Shown here: one piece after another, positions 1 to 13,430 of the stretch
Layout: the number at the start of each line of letters is the position of its first letter
Numbering within the stretch: position 1 is the first letter of the stretch
Source of the DNA: Leucoraja ocellata
Taxonomy: Eukaryota
Assembly (NCBI GenBank): GCA_036785375.1
Contig: JAWMAR010000031.1
Coordinates: forward strand, 7,254,001-7,318,000
Length of the DNA stretch: 64,000 nt
Direction of reading: 5' to 3'
Made by a program: the position numbers and the translations under genes
Notes under the pieces: model-generated
Told to the model about the DNA's origin: nothing
Seen by the model: only the letters and a program-made list of their open reading frames with translations
The model's database searches: none

Positions 1-502
1 CTCCTGATGTATAGTTCCTGCAGGAGGGCAAGTGAAGTTCCCATATTGCGTTCGGCCGTACGCACTACTCTCTGCAGAGCCTTCTTGTCCTTGGCAGAGC
101 AATTCCCAAACCAGATGGTAATGTTCCCGGACAAGATGCTTTCCACCGCCGCTGCGTAGAAGCACTGGAGGATCCTCGGAGACACTCTGAATTTCCTCAA
201 TTGCCTGAGGTGGTAAAGGCGCTGCCTTGCCTTACTCACCAGTGCTGAGGCATGTGATGCCCATGTCATATCCTCAGAGATGTGGACTCCCAGATATTTA
301 AAACAGTTCACCCTATCCACAGGATCCCCATTTATCCTCAATGGAGTGTACGTCCTCGGATGATGTGCCCTCCTAAAGTCCATGATCAGCTCCTTTGTTT
401 TTTTGATGCTCAAGAGGAGGCTGTTATCCTGGCACCAGAGTGCTAGATCAGCCACCTCCTCCCGGTAGGCCTTCTCATCGTTGTCTGAGATCAGGCCCAC
501 CA
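1..502 (-). mobile_element. Rex-Babar clade LINE, ORF2 C-terminal fragment
   Basis: Minus strand translates KARQRLYHLRQLRKFRV...FYAAAVESILSGNITIWFGNCS...KALQRVVRTAE, typical of Rex1/Babar. Confidence 0.8.
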
Positions 503-522
503 TGTGGGTCAGCCCTAAGCCA

Positions 523-729
523 GCAGTTTGGGAATGCAAACTCTACTGATGTTTTCAAGAGAGAGTTAGATATAGCACCTGGGGCTAACGGGATCAAGGG
601 ATATGGGGAAAAAACAGGAATGCAATACTGATTTTTGATGATCAGTCATGATCATATTGAATGGCGGTGCTGGTTCAGAGGGCCGAATGGCCTTCTCCTG
701 CACCTATTTTCTATGTTTCTATGTTTCTA
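523..729 (+). mobile_element. CR1 (HER1-like) LINE 3' end
   Basis: GATCATATTGAATGGCGGTGC...GGCCGAATGGCC...CTCCTGCACCTA 3' UTR and (TTTCTATG)n tail, shared with other copies in the window. Confidence 0.85.
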
Positions 730-1392
730 CTCCAGATACTTAAACACACATCTTATCATTAAATACTACACTATTAGAAATACTATCTTTGAGGCCCTTT
801 GTATCTATCTCAAGCATATGTTTGTGGAAATGTCCATGGCTTCAATTGAAGATAGACCGAGGATATTCTCCAAAGGAGAATTTATTTCTCAACCAGATTC
901 ACCTGAGAAATTAATTGTCTATTCATTTTTCTGTTTGCAAATTGGTGGCTTCACCTGCTTACTTTACAACAGTATCTACGCTTCTGTAAAATATTTGATT
1001 GGTTGTTGACTGATATTTTGACATAGAATGATAAACAATCCAATTTAATTGCTGATTATTTATTTGCAAGGACCTCCTAAATCTACTTCACCATGATGTC
1101 ATCGCAACAAACAAAAAAGCTGAGACTACAAGGGAAAAAAATCTTGAGAAAAAGAAATAATACTTACTCAAATAAATTGAATTTATTTTATGATTGCCAG
1201 TGAATGTGCATTTATTTGACAAAGGATTAATGTTTGTATAGATTGCTGCAGTGTAATTCAAAGAATGGAAGATGTCCTAATAGTTATATAAGTTGTATAA
1301 GTTGCAACAGAGATTTTAAATTTACACGGGTTACATCTTGCAGGAATTGTAGTGTCATTAATCTGGACTACCAGATGCAATAGGAATTGAAA

Positions 1393-2020
1393 TTATGTCC
1401 TTTATAACAAGAGGAATCGAATATAGGAGCAACGAGGTCCTTCTGCAGTTGTACAGAGCCCTAGTGAGACCACACCTGGAGTATTGTGTACAGTTTTGGT
1501 CCCCTAATTTGAGGAAGGACATTCTTGCTATTGAGGGAGTGCAGAGTAGGTTTACAAGGTTAATTCCCGGGATGGCGGGACTGTCATATGCTGAGAGAAT
1601 GGACCAGCTGGCTTGTACACTCTGGAGTTTAGAAGGATGAGAGGGTGTCTCATTGAAACATAGATTGGTAAGGGTTTGGACATGCTAGAGGCAGGAAACA
1701 TGTTCCCGATGTTGGGGTAGTCCAGAACCAGGGGCCACAGTTTAAGAATAAGGAGTAAGCCATTTAGAACGGAGATGAGGAAACACTTTTTCCCACAGAG
1801 ATTTGTGAGTCTGTGGAATTCTCTGCCTCAGAAGGCGGTGGAAGTAGGTTCTCCGGATGCTTTCAAGAGGGAGCTAGATAGGGCTCTTAAAAATAGCGGA
1901 GTCGGGATATGGGGGGAAGGCAGGAACGGGGTACTGATTGGGGATGATCAGCCATGATCACATTGAATGGCGGTGCTGGCTCGAAGGGCTACTCCAGCAC
2001 CTATTGTCTATTGTCTATTG
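1393..2020 (+). mobile_element. CR1 LINE, 5'-truncated (ORF2 C-terminus and 3' UTR)
   Basis: LYRALVRPHLEYCVQFWSP...LWNSLP motifs; (ATTGTCT)n tail. Confidence 0.9.
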
Positions 2021-2494
2021 AAATGAGCACATGAAAGATTTAGTTTATTTCACTAATTTCTGCCGATTTTGATCTTTCTTCCTGCATAAATGCTGAGGAT
2101 TCAAAATAATTTTATAATTGACTGTCTAGTTGGTAAGCTGGCATCACCACAAAAAAGAATCACAGTGTTAATAACCAAACGCTTGGCTTACCACATTTTC
2201 TCATATTAATAAATGAACAATGGGTGCTTTTCATAACAATTCATTCAACAACATCACTCGCCGATGACATGGCAATAAATTATATTGTATGTTATGCCAC
2301 TTTTATTATACAATATTGTTGTCTTCATTGCATTTAATTATTTTTCTCCCAATTGGAACTTTCTATGGCAGTTGTAGAAAGTACTCTGCAAGCCCCCCCC
2401 CCGCAGCTGCCCCCACCTCACAATTCCAGTGATCTGTTTTTGTTCTTGACCTCCAATGCTGTCTGTGTGAAGTTTGATATTTCTCTGGATGACC

Positions 2495-2700
2495 AAGTGG
2501 GTTTCCTTCAGATGCAATTAATTTCTCCCATGTCCCGAATTAAATGGTTGCTGTAAATTGTCCCTTGTGGTGTGGATGAGTGTAGAACCTGGGAGGTGTT
2601 AATGGGAATAGAGGGGAGAATAAAGTTAAGATATGTGTATGATTATTGTAAATGGGTGTTTGATGGTCAGGGTAGACCACAGAGACTGTTTCCAAGACCA
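2495..2700 (+). mobile_element. Degenerate HE1/V-type SINE body
   Basis: GGGTTTCC...TGTAAATTGTCCCT...GTAAATGGGTG-TTGATGGTCAG, similar to other SINE bodies in the window. Confidence 0.5.
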
Positions 2701-3601
2701 ATGACCATGTGATCTCCAAGAGGCTAGCTTTGGGTCCAGAATATAATTTAACCATTCACTTTAACAAAATCTATTGATCTCAATATTCACTTTCCCCGTT
2801 CCAACGCCTTCTTGGTCAGGTTAATTTTCTATGACTATTAGCCATGATGGTGGTCACTAAATTAACTGATCAGCCAATCATAGACAACAAACTAGGGTGC
2901 ACAGAGCCCCTAATGTAATTTAATCATTATTCTGACAGATAATTAAAAAATAATTTAATTATAAAATTAGGAGATGATAAATCGTCATAGTTTTTGTTTT
3001 AAAATCTTACAAATTTTGAAATATTTACACGAAGGAATTACAATCCACACATGTAAAATTAGTTGCTTCAAGACAATTAGCTTTCTCAGCTGCAATTATG
3101 GCTTTGCATGCAATTAAGAATCACTTAGAGCTCATGTAACAGTGTAACATTTTCTGGCCATGTCACAATGGGGCCACTTCATAAATTACTATATTTCATG
3201 TCATTTCAAACTATTTTCCTTAATTGTGAGTGAAAATGCTACCAGCAGCTGTGAAGCGTCAAAGAAATGCAAAGGAAACTTTGGGATTCCTGTGTTGTAA
3301 CGCATGCTGGAAATCCTGCAGTTGGCGTACATCTCCCAGAGTGAAGTTGGCAAAATCATCACATTTGTTTATGACTCACTTTATTATATGCTTGCCAATA
3401 TCCAAGTATTCAATTTAATTTGAAAGAATTTTAATTTCAAACAGAATTTAGGTCTGTTTTATGGTTGTTTTGAAGTTGTTTTTAAAGTTCCAATTGACTG
3501 CTATCATAAATAGGACATTCTGTTTGCAACCAACTCACTTGCCATTAATTTTAGATTTATTTTACACTGTGAGAGGCACCATCATCAGTTGAAAATAGTT
3601 A

Positions 3602-3833
3602 TGCCCCTGTCCCACTTAGGAAACCTGAACGGAAACCTCTGGAGACTTTGTGCCCCAAGGTTTCCGTGTGGTTCCCGGAGATTTCTGGAGGTTTTTGTCA
3701 GTCTCCCTACCTGCTTCCGCTACCTGCAACCTCCGGCAACCACCTGCAACCTCCGGGAACCGCACGGAAACCTTGGGTGGGGCGCAAAATCTCCAGAGGT
3801 TTCTGTTCAGGTTTCCTAAGTGGGACAGGGGCA
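3602..3833. mobile_element. PIF/Harbinger-type MITE, copy 1
   Basis: TIRs TGCCCCTGTCCCACTTAGGAAACCTGAAC... of ~80 bp; TTA target-site duplication at 3599-3601 and 3834-3836. Confidence 0.85.
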
Positions 3834-5044
3834 TTACTGTGTTGGTAGCATTGGTGAACTGCAGAATAATGTTTTCAGACTCTGGAAACCTACTGTACAT
3901 ATTGAATTTGAAGATTGCAAAAGGTGTAAAAACCTATGCAAATTTGGTCCAGGTAGCCTTACAAAGTCACCTGAAGCAAATGCAGTGGCCATGTATGTGA
4001 AAGCCTCTATCTTCATCTAATGTTATAGTTTAAGATCTGTTTAACTCAATTTCAGACACAATTATAATACATTGCACATTATAAACCCCATCTTATTGTA
4101 GCAGACTGTTCCCTCGAATCCCTGGTTCCAGGAATTCTATTACCTTTGTGCTACTGGAAGCCATTCAGAAACAACTTGAAAGTATTTTATTACTGCTCTT
4201 GCCACTGTAATTTATTAAATTATTACATGATAACTTAATTGTTATTCCTCTCAGAATAACAGTCAATTTAAAAGGAATGTTTCTATGTTTCTATGTTTCT
4301 ATGAATGTAAATATACTATGTTAAAATCCAGGTTTAAGTTCTGCCGACATTGTTGACAATGTTTGACCATTGTTGAACCTGAAGCAGTTCTCAACAGCAA
4401 TAATGTAACTCTAGGTAGGTGGGCTGCTCTCTCTCTCTCCAGACTAAGCAACACAAAGAAGCAGCATTTGTGGGAGGGAAAGTAGTGATATCGTCAAGCT
4501 CCACACGAAAACATTCAGCAACCTCTAGCATTTGCTGTCAATGTAATCCTGCACCTCCACAAGAAGCATTGTTGCAGTTTTCATCATACATATTGGAGGG
4601 CGGTTGAAGGAGGAGCAAGAGGAAAATGGGATTCATATAGATGAGTGCTTGATGTTCAACGTGGACCAGATAGGCCCGATTCCATGCTGGATTAGATAAT
4701 GAGCCTAAAATAAAAATATATTCAATGAGCTGATGTAACTCCAACTATTTATCTGCTATTTACCCTTTGTAAACATTGTGAAGCCTCGTTGAATGATGAG
4801 TAACTGAGCATTCTGAAACATAATGACTTCTAAACAATTTCTCAGTCTCTGAAAAACTAAGTTACTATCTGTAAGTTGCCATGCCCTTGACAACTTTTCA
4901 AAATTCTATTATCATGATCACGATATTTTCACAGCATTTCAGCCTCCACTTTATTCACATTTTTAACTTTAATTCTATATTTCACTTCATATTGCACATT
5001 ATTTAAAAAAGTGGTATAACTGAAGCTTTTTACATTCTTATTTG

Positions 5045-5300
5045 CCGTCTGCGAGTGGAGAATTGTCATTGGTCGCAGAGCCAGCGTGGTAGCTCACTGC
5101 TGTTGGATGTCAGGGAATCCCTCTGTAGCCTGTGCCTGAATAGTAATCTCATCAGGAACAGGGAAATCAATGCTGCCGAGCCACCTTAATTTTTATGGCC
5201 AGGTTTCGTTGACACAGCATTAACCCAGCACTGGGTCAAACTGAGATTAAGCAGTGCATAGGGAGTTCATCGAACCTCCTGGGTCATGGCCAACTTGAAA
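5045..5300 (-). mobile_element. Possible ancient tRNA-derived SINE remnant
   Basis: Minus-strand B-box-like GGTTCGAT near 5270 and weak resemblance to old elasmobranch SINE bodies; highly diverged. Confidence 0.3.
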
Positions 5301-6540
5301 CAGAGTTTATATAAATGCATTGGGAGAAGGCCTGGCTTCTCATATGTAATATATTGCAAATATATTGCATGAAAACAGAGCTCCTTGGCTGTGAGAGTTG
5401 AATTTATAGCCAGGCATTATAAATAAAAGGCTGCTGGGTGAAAATTGATACTGTAACTTCTGACATCAGTAGCTACTGTATAACTAGCCTCGGGGTTTCT
5501 GACATCACCAGGTCCTTGTGATTGAGTTACACTGTTTTAATAAATACGAGTTACTTTATCTCTTTGCATTTTCTGAAAATTATATCCCCATAATCCGTGG
5601 AGTCATTGGTTAGATCATATAAATTACGTTTCTGTAAATTTCCCCTCTCTGACACTAGATACGTATCATCCTTTTACACCTATACCAGTACACACACACA
5701 CACTTTCAGTCAATATCAGATATGATGATTAAATCTCTGCAAAGGAAATGGAAATATGTTGGGGGTGGGAGTGTGGGTGGATTGGGCAGGAAACATACCT
5801 ATATGTTGGTGATTAATTATAGGCATGCATTTCAACAAATCTATTTGTGGGGTGCATCTATAGAATCTGGGGTTGCAGACACTAAATCAAGACGTGCATG
5901 AGCCTTGATGGTAAAAATCTGAAGATAGTCAGGTGGACACTGATAAACAAGGGTTAGTGGCAGAAATGTAGCTCATAAGTGAAGTTATCTTGTAATAGGG
6001 TAGGTGTCTTCTAGGTTTGGTTCTTGTAATGAGTGCTGCATTGAATTGACTTTAATTCACCAATGCTCTTAATTTGAATTTCTTCATTTCGAAGTCAATT
6101 TCCATTTGTTTAGACCTATTGCGTATTTTGCGTATTGACGCTCTTCCCTATTCTATCAACATTTTTTCTTCCTGTGTCTTGGGATGCCTCTTGCAGGTCT
6201 TGGAGCATAAAGGATGGGAGGGGACAATGCTGCCCAGTAGACCCTTTGCTCTGTCTCTTGCCGATGGATGGTAAGCTGAGGAAATAATTCAAGCTTGTGT
6301 TCAAATCTTTCGTGAAGAAATGCAATATCCACACTAATTCCGAAATAAAATCTTGCCCAAGGCCACTTAAAGTATGAAGATGCATTTGAGATGGTTCAGG
6401 AAGGTCAAAACCATGCATCAGATGCACAGAAACCTAGCACAAGGATTGCCCCACCTCACAAACTTGGAATCCACCCATTCCATCACCTGCCTTGAAGTTA
6501 GACAAATGCTGATCTATGTAGAAGCTTAAAAGAGTGTCCT

Positions 6541-6677
6541 TTCAGACTGAAGGAGGGTCTCGACCAGAAATGTCACCTATTTCTTTTCTTCAGAGATGCT
6601 GCCTGACCCGCTGCGTTACTTCAGCATTTTGTGTCTATCTTTAGAGTAAATCAGCATCTGCAGTTCCTTACTACACA
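6541..6677 (+). mobile_element. Penelope-derived short unit (degenerate hammerhead core plus 3' tail)
   Basis: CTGAAGGAGGGTCTCGACCAGAAATGTC...AGATGCTGCCTGACCCGCTG...CAGCATCTGCAGTTCC, homologous to the 3' end of the element at 37218-37681. Confidence 0.75.
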
Positions 6678-7075
6678 TTTTGCCATCACTTACCACATCA
6701 GTGGAAGAGTCTGCAGTTCCCACAGTATCCTTACTATCCACAGAGCCTGAATTCCAACAGACTTCTTCAATCCCAAAGGGCATCCTAAAAATAAGTTTTT
6801 CTACATTATTATTGAGTTGATGTTCTTGTGCTCAGACTGAAATCTTATGGTTACGCTTATGTTGCTCTCTGTGTGGACTTCATGGGACTGCATTGGAAAC
6901 AGTTCATCAGACCAGCACAACAACGCATACACTGTAAAAACACCCATCCTCTTACTGGGTACCTTTCACTCCTGTACAGTCCTTGCCTTTTGGTACAGCT
7001 AGCAGCTTCGCTGTCTCGGGGTTAAACTAGTGAGGGCGATGTTTGTCACTGTCTCGGGTTCCTTTCCATAAGTAA

Positions 7076-7291
7076 TGCCCCTGTCCCACTTAGGAAACCT
7101 GAACGGAAACCTCTGGAGACTTTGCGCCCCACCCAAGGTTCCCGTGCGGTTCCCGGAGGTTTTTGACAGTCTCCCTACCTGCTTCCACTACCTGCAACCT
7201 CCGGCAACCTCCGGGAACCTCACGGAAACCTTGGGTGGGGCGCAAAGTCTCCAGAGGTTTCCGTTCAGGTTTCCTAAGTGGGACAGGGGCA
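7076..7291. mobile_element. PIF/Harbinger-type MITE, copy 2
   Basis: Same family as 3602-3833; ~86-bp TIRs; TAA/TAT flanks. Confidence 0.85.
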
Positions 7292-8771
7292 TATTTATAG
7301 ACTCCGAAATTTCCAGGCGTTCAGACAATGTTTGTTTGCCTCTTTCAGGGCTCAGCGGGATTAATGACTTGGTGGCCGATTCGGTTACATTACTGGCGTA
7401 TCAAAGTAGCTCATTTGACTAACGTTGGTTAATTAAAATCACGAAGCATTAAAGCAAGAAGAGGAACTGAGAGCCGGTCTCGAGTTTTCACACTGCGTTC
7501 ATCCGCTGTATATTTTGCATTGGATTCCAATGTATTAAATGTTCCCTAAAATGTACGAAGTTCGTATTGTCAGCATGTTTTCATCTCTGGTATGTATGTG
7601 CTTTCCACACTGCAGCGATGAATTCACTGCTAAAAAAAATACTTTCCTCGCCACATGGATCGCGAAATGTTCTGTGTATGTCTGAGGACGCTATCGAATG
7701 GAAAGCGATATTTCATCATTTGGAATGGTTTTCGCTGCACCATGCCTTCCCGCGGCCCAACTCAAAATAAAATTGACGCGTCCTTCATTGCCTGTCAGTC
7801 CCAGCGTCCTCGCCGAAGAAACCCAATCTTATTTTTTTATCTCTCAGAAAGAGCCCCCCACCCCACCCCGACTAATGAATGTCGCTTTATTCAGATGCCC
7901 CCTGTACATTTTTTACAAGCGGCAACAGCTGTAAGTGCTTTCCATTGGGGCAGATGTGTAGCAGAATGGGCGGAAGGACTCGTCAAACTAGGGGAAAATC
8001 TTGAATTGCTCCTCCATCCCCCATCCCCCATCCTCTCACCTCCACGCACAGCACCTAACAGGATCAATCTTCCCCCAGAAGACTTAATGCTAATAGATTC
8101 GTTCTCTGCCGCCTCCGTTGCACCTTTTGCGATGTATGCTCGCCTACATGTAAACGCGCACCTGTGATCAAAAGCCAAGGTGACTACCGACACATGCATT
8201 GAAAGGCACAGTCGGGAAGGTATTGTACAGAAATGTCACTTGGCAGATTGACGAGGAGTACGCGCATATTTGGTTAATGAATAGAGAGGTGTTTGCACGT
8301 TAGACTCATGAGTGATGCTGACTTGCAAAGAACATGCCAACATGCATAGACACATTTAGGTATGTCCCTTCCCGCACGATATGGAATTGTACTTGTTTTA
8401 TTTGGGTAAAAAGTCGCTCATCACTGATATCACATCAAGTATATCAGAGGGATTAAGATGCTGTTGCCGAGCTGATGCAAATGTAGTGATCCATTGGTGA
8501 AAACAAATATTCACTACATTCGACTACAGTGACAATCTAGTTTTCGCTATTTTGCTTAAATATATGTAGAATCTACGCGTTGGTACACGTTCCGCCTTAT
8601 TAAACAGTACTCGACAATGAAGGACCAAATTAACGCGGCGTGAAGATGCATCATTCCAACATCTACTCCCGTCCACCAACAGGATTGTCAAATATGTTAA
8701 ATGGGAACAGCTTTACAGAAATTACTACACTGATTTTAAATGCCTTCTTAATACACACATTAACGTACATA

Positions 8772-8990
8772 AAACAAAAGACGCGAAGTGCTGGAGTCAG
8801 CGGGTCAGGCAGCATCTCTGGAAGATTTGATAGACAACTTTTCGGATCGGGACCCTTGTATGAAGAAGGGTCTCGACCTGGAACGTCGCCTGGTTATATC
8901 AGTCAGAGGTGCTGCTTGACCCGCTGAATTACTCCAATACTTTTGATCTTTTTTTTTGTGTAAACCAGCACCTGCAGTTCCTTGTGTCTT
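8772..8990. mobile_element. Penelope-derived inverted (fold-back) pair
   Basis: Reverse-complement copy of the unit followed by a forward copy, with the symmetry centre near 8860. Confidence 0.75.
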
Positions 8991-11900
8991 CACTTAACTA
9001 GAATTCTTACTTATTCTAAAGTATTCCTTTGGAAATGGCGCTCTGCACCGGCGCGAACTACAACGAATATCTTCGGTATCATACATTTGACGAAGTTTCC
9101 CACCTAGTTATATTTTGATCATTAGCTTCTCACACGGTTAAAGAATATCACGTCAATGGCATGCTCTGAGACTACAATGGATGATTGGAACGGCAGATAG
9201 CAAGTGCTCGGTTGCATATCCATATCTATTCGATGTATTCTGAAAACAGGGCTATTGCACTTACTGTGTAATACCTTCATCTCAGGGAATGTATTGAGCT
9301 GTACCTATATTTTGTGTTCGCTGGCCGTTTTACGATCCAAAGAATATTTCCCCAAACATAGTCAGAAATAGTAACTCACAAGAAGCCTCGGGGGGGGGGG
9401 GGGGGGGGGGATTTTGTCCTCGACGCGGTAACTTCGTGACTGAAGTATCGAAATATCTAACTTCTAATCGGCGTTGAAGCACTAATTTAAGTAACTTCGG
9501 GGCATTTCGGGGAATGTACCGCGATGGAGAGCCTCACTGGGGAGAATATTCGAAGAATATTCACAAAACTCGCTGCGTAAACGAACGCATTGTTTTGGAG
9601 ACGAGTTGGTCATATGTGATATTCCTTGAACCCTCACACTCTTCCAATTTGCATCAACTAAATAGTAAACAGGACAGAGGGGGCGGGGGTGGGGGGGGGG
9701 GGGGGGAGGGGTTGAGAGAAGTGCTCATCAAAATACAATCCGTAATGAACTGGTTGCGTCCTAAAGTGGGTGTTGTGGAAAGGTAGATCCGGAATCACAA
9801 CTGACAATGTGACATCAGAAATGTGTAATTTATCACTGCGCATATACAGTGCAAAAATATTAGGTGTGACATGTTAGTGTAAGGAGGTTCACCAGTTCCA
9901 GTGAGAAGTCACAATGCTGGCTAAAGATAGTTTAAGCATTCAGTTGCTAAATGCGTCAATGTAGGAATTTATTCGTGAATAAAGTCCGCACAGACTTGTT
10001 TTCCGAGTTCAGGTTTGCATTCTGTAATTGCTGCCGCGTTCGTTTGAAACAAAACTGGGGAAACAGCAGTTACCTTATTTTGGGTCGTTTTAGGAAAACA
10101 ATAATCCTGTTGTGCTCTAACGAAGTTTAATCCAGTATTCACCCAAAACATAATAAGGGCAGCAATAAAGCATTACGAAGAAAAACACGGCGCATTTTCC
10201 GATCATGTCATTGAATGGAAGGAAAGGCTTCAAAGTGACATTTACATTATTTTTATATTTAACTAATAAGCAATTGCCAGAATTTGCTTTTTGAAAAAAT
10301 AACTGCAAATATGACCAGTGAACCCAAACACGTTCTTCCCCCTCTCCCACCCGGACTTGGTGACACAGATGAACACAATAATATTGCACCAAGTTATTAA
10401 GTATTATAGCTCCTGGTATGGCGCGGACATTTATATCCGTGTGTAATTAAAAGCTCCAGCATACTTTTATGCACTTCATACATTCAGAAGAACCAACATA
10501 TTTGGAGCTCCCTACACAGTTGCTATAGCCAACTGTGCCAGGGCAACTAGTTGTCAATGTCTTGCGTTGCTGCAGAAAGTTTCTTGTTGAATCGCAAACT
10601 TTGAACAAGCTGGCCAGAATCAACCAGGAACATGGAAAAGGCGCCGGTAATAAAATGTAAACAACGATTCGCTTCCCTGCTTCTTGTTCTCCCACTCTAA
10701 ACGCTAACAGAATAAATTGATGGCAGCATTGTAATTAATTTGTGAGGTGTACTAATTCTGGTAACTTGAACCGCCGGTATAATCTTTCTAAGTGCTGGCA
10801 GCTCCGGTGGGGATTCGCACATTTCATGCTTCATTACTCAAGTCAAGCACCTCCTTCTCAGTATATAACCTGCTTGCACGCTGCCCTCTGAAATTAGAAG
10901 AAGCGAAATTATCAACCAGTAACGACAAATTATAACTTTTTTCATGACCAGATTTTCGGAAAACAAATGTCATTATTTCTAGCACCCGGTCATTCTTTAA
11001 TTTCAAAGTTGCTATCAGCGTGGTTGTTGCAATCGTACAGTTCAATGGTCGGGAATATATATTGTGGTCATCTACGAAGTGCTTAGCAATATTCGCTTAC
11101 ACACACCACCAGTATACCATAGAAAAAATGTGATCAATTATTGCCGTTAAAAGTTTATTTCACTGGCTAAATACAGGCCAGTCGTTGCATGTCAGTTGTA
11201 TTAAACACGCTGAGACCAAATTAAAGATAAATCTATTTAATCCATAGGTGTATTTGTACTTGGAAATAGTTTAGAATAGAATGATAAACTTCAATGAACT
11301 AATATGTTAGTCCTGTAAAAAAAAATGCAAGGGGACGGGCCACTGTGGCCTTTTACAAGACACGTGTGAAATGCACACGATTTCCGTGTGAGCTAGAAGT
11401 TACATGACATGTTAAAAATTCTGCATTTAATAGTCCTTGGCATCCATCAAGTTGAGTGGACATCAAACATAGGTTCAAGTGGGTGCACGAAGTAGTCATA
11501 ATCAAACTATTGGGTATTATAGTGGTGTTTGGCTAATCTGCGCGCGTAATCTCTGAGCGCCAACGTGCAATATGTTACCTTGCAAAAGCATACATTTGAA
11601 ATAAAGTACAAGACTAACATAATTACAAAGCGTAAAGAGTTGAACTAAAGAGTTGAAAGCGTGAATGTAAGACACACGTGAAGGGGAAGACTGTACCGTG
11701 GAAGATGGTAGTCATGCCATTAAATAAATTACCCGCATACTGAAACAACTTTGAAGGGGCGTGAGACTGCGTGATCGGAGAACAGAGAAGGATAAGTACA
11801 TATTCACAACAGGAGATATGGCAAATATATGCAGAAATGTTGTATGTATCAAACGCCTCTGTCGACTTGTTGTATTTCTTTAACAGACTGACACCGTGCG

Positions 11901-12499
11901 ATGAAGTGTAACTGACACTGAAGGGAAATCTTAGGAGAGCTAATAGACTTTGCAACAAGCCATTCACCCAGCATAAGCGGGCTATGGAATAAATACGTTC
12001 GTATTATAGGGCTAACAGAAGGAATTTCCTTTATTTTAAAGCAGGAAAATAACAAAACAAAAATGCTGATGTTCTAAAGTCACAAATGCGCCCACTAGTC
12101 CTAATTAGATTAAGTGATTAAGGAATGGCTTCATTTTAATAGCCTGAGAATCACGATATGACACTCAGCCAGGTAGAGAATATTTTTGTAAGGTGGTCAT
12201 TAAAATACTAGTAAGTAGATTTACTTTATTTAAAAAATACAAAAACAATTAGTGAACCATGAGATTGGCACAGAATAGTTGTAAAGTTAGTGTAAGAGAA
12301 CACCTGCCACCATTAGCACTGTGGTTACATTAGAACCGACAGCAAGGTGAAACAAATAATTCAGCTATATTCTTTTTTAATTAATACTATTTTCTCTATA
12401 ATCATATGCCGCTTATGTATTACCTATAACACGGGGTTAAAGTAATTGTTTCAATTTCTTTATTCGATTGGCTACTATTTGCTCCAAACCGCGCCTCGG

Positions 12500-13397
12500 A
12501 TCTTTTACATACAATTGGGTCCCACGGTGAAACCATCTTGATGTTTTAAATGCTGTTTACATTTTGACGGGGCACTTTTAGAAATAATGGCATCAATAAA
12601 TCTAAGCGCATTATTATTGACGAGCAATAATAATTCACATAATATAAAGAACAAACAGCAAACTCCGACGCCAACGCTAAGATACAAAATAGGGTTCACT
12701 CTAGTTGGAATGTAGAGGGGACGCGACAAATCGAAGTGGATCTATATGCAGCACACATGTCCCCTTTGTTGTGTATGTACGGCCTAACACAAGATCGAAA
12801 AGCGAGCGAAGAGAAAGAGAGCGAAAAATAAAACGCTCCAACCACTTGTTGGTCAATTCCTTCCCCTGTCTGTTTTCTGTTCATTCTTGGTAACTTTTGC
12901 AACTTCTAGATAAGCTTTGAATCTGTTCTACCCGATACCTTTCCCTCCCCCATCATCCAAAAGAGACTTTGCAGCATTCCCAGTAATTGCAGATGACTTT
13001 TGCAGGTAACATTAAACTCCCTCAAATTCATTGCAACAGAGNNNNNNNNNNNNNNNNNNNNNNNNNNNNNNNNNNNNNNNNNNNNNNNNNNNNNNNNNNN
13101 NNNNNNNNNNNNNNNNNNNNNNNNNNNNNNNNNNNNNNNNNNNNNNNNNNNNNNNNNNNNNNNNNNNNNNNNNNNNNNNNNNNNNNGAAACTGATGGAAG
13201 GTCTGGCTGCAGAGGTACATATCTGTTGTAAATCCATCAGTGCTGAGACAGGCTGTTAGATTCTGACATTCCTGGCGTGTACGCAGGCGCAGGCAGGTGG
13301 CACGCAGACCAGGTGAGATGATTCTGTAGAGGTAAAAAGAGAAATTACTCAACAGTTCGCAGATCAGTTGACGCCACCACGGACATCTCCAGGCAAT
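12500..13397 (+). promoter_or_regulatory. Probable promoter/5' leader of exon 1c (interrupted by assembly gap 13042-13186)
   Basis: Position upstream of the 1c coding exon; CpG-rich and repeat-free. Confidence 0.4.
13042..13186. other. Assembly gap (other gaps: 15867-15998, 23451-23620, 42769-42972, 49289-49478)
   Basis: Runs of N. Confidence 1.
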
Positions 13398-13430
13398 ATG
13401 TCGATACTGGGCAAAATGAGCGACTGGCAG
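13398..13430 (+). CDS. tfap2a: tfap2a alternative first coding exon (1c-like), MSILGKMSDWQ
   Basis: ATG TCG ATA CTG GGC AAA ATG AGC GAC TGG CAG followed by GTATGA donor, phase 0 and compatible with exon 2. Resembles the mammalian isoform N-terminus MSILAKMGDWQ (recalled). Confidence 0.88.

Noticed and set aside
3589-4000. Overlapping ORFs with near-identical peptides on both strands (MPLSHLGNLN...), also at 7075
   Set aside because: Caused by the MITE's inverted repeats, not protein-coding.
7893-7910. CTCF-like CAGATGCCCCCTGTAC near the domain edge
   Set aside because: Only a partial match to the core motif; cannot be supported without PWM scoring or ChIP data.
7655-8167. 170-aa ORF upstream of tfap2a
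   Set aside because: No recognisable domain or splice context; likely chance in CpG/GC-richer non-coding DNA.
12906-13352. ORFs with X runs (also at 15830, 23389, 42453, 49238)
   Set aside because: Artefacts of translating through assembly gaps.
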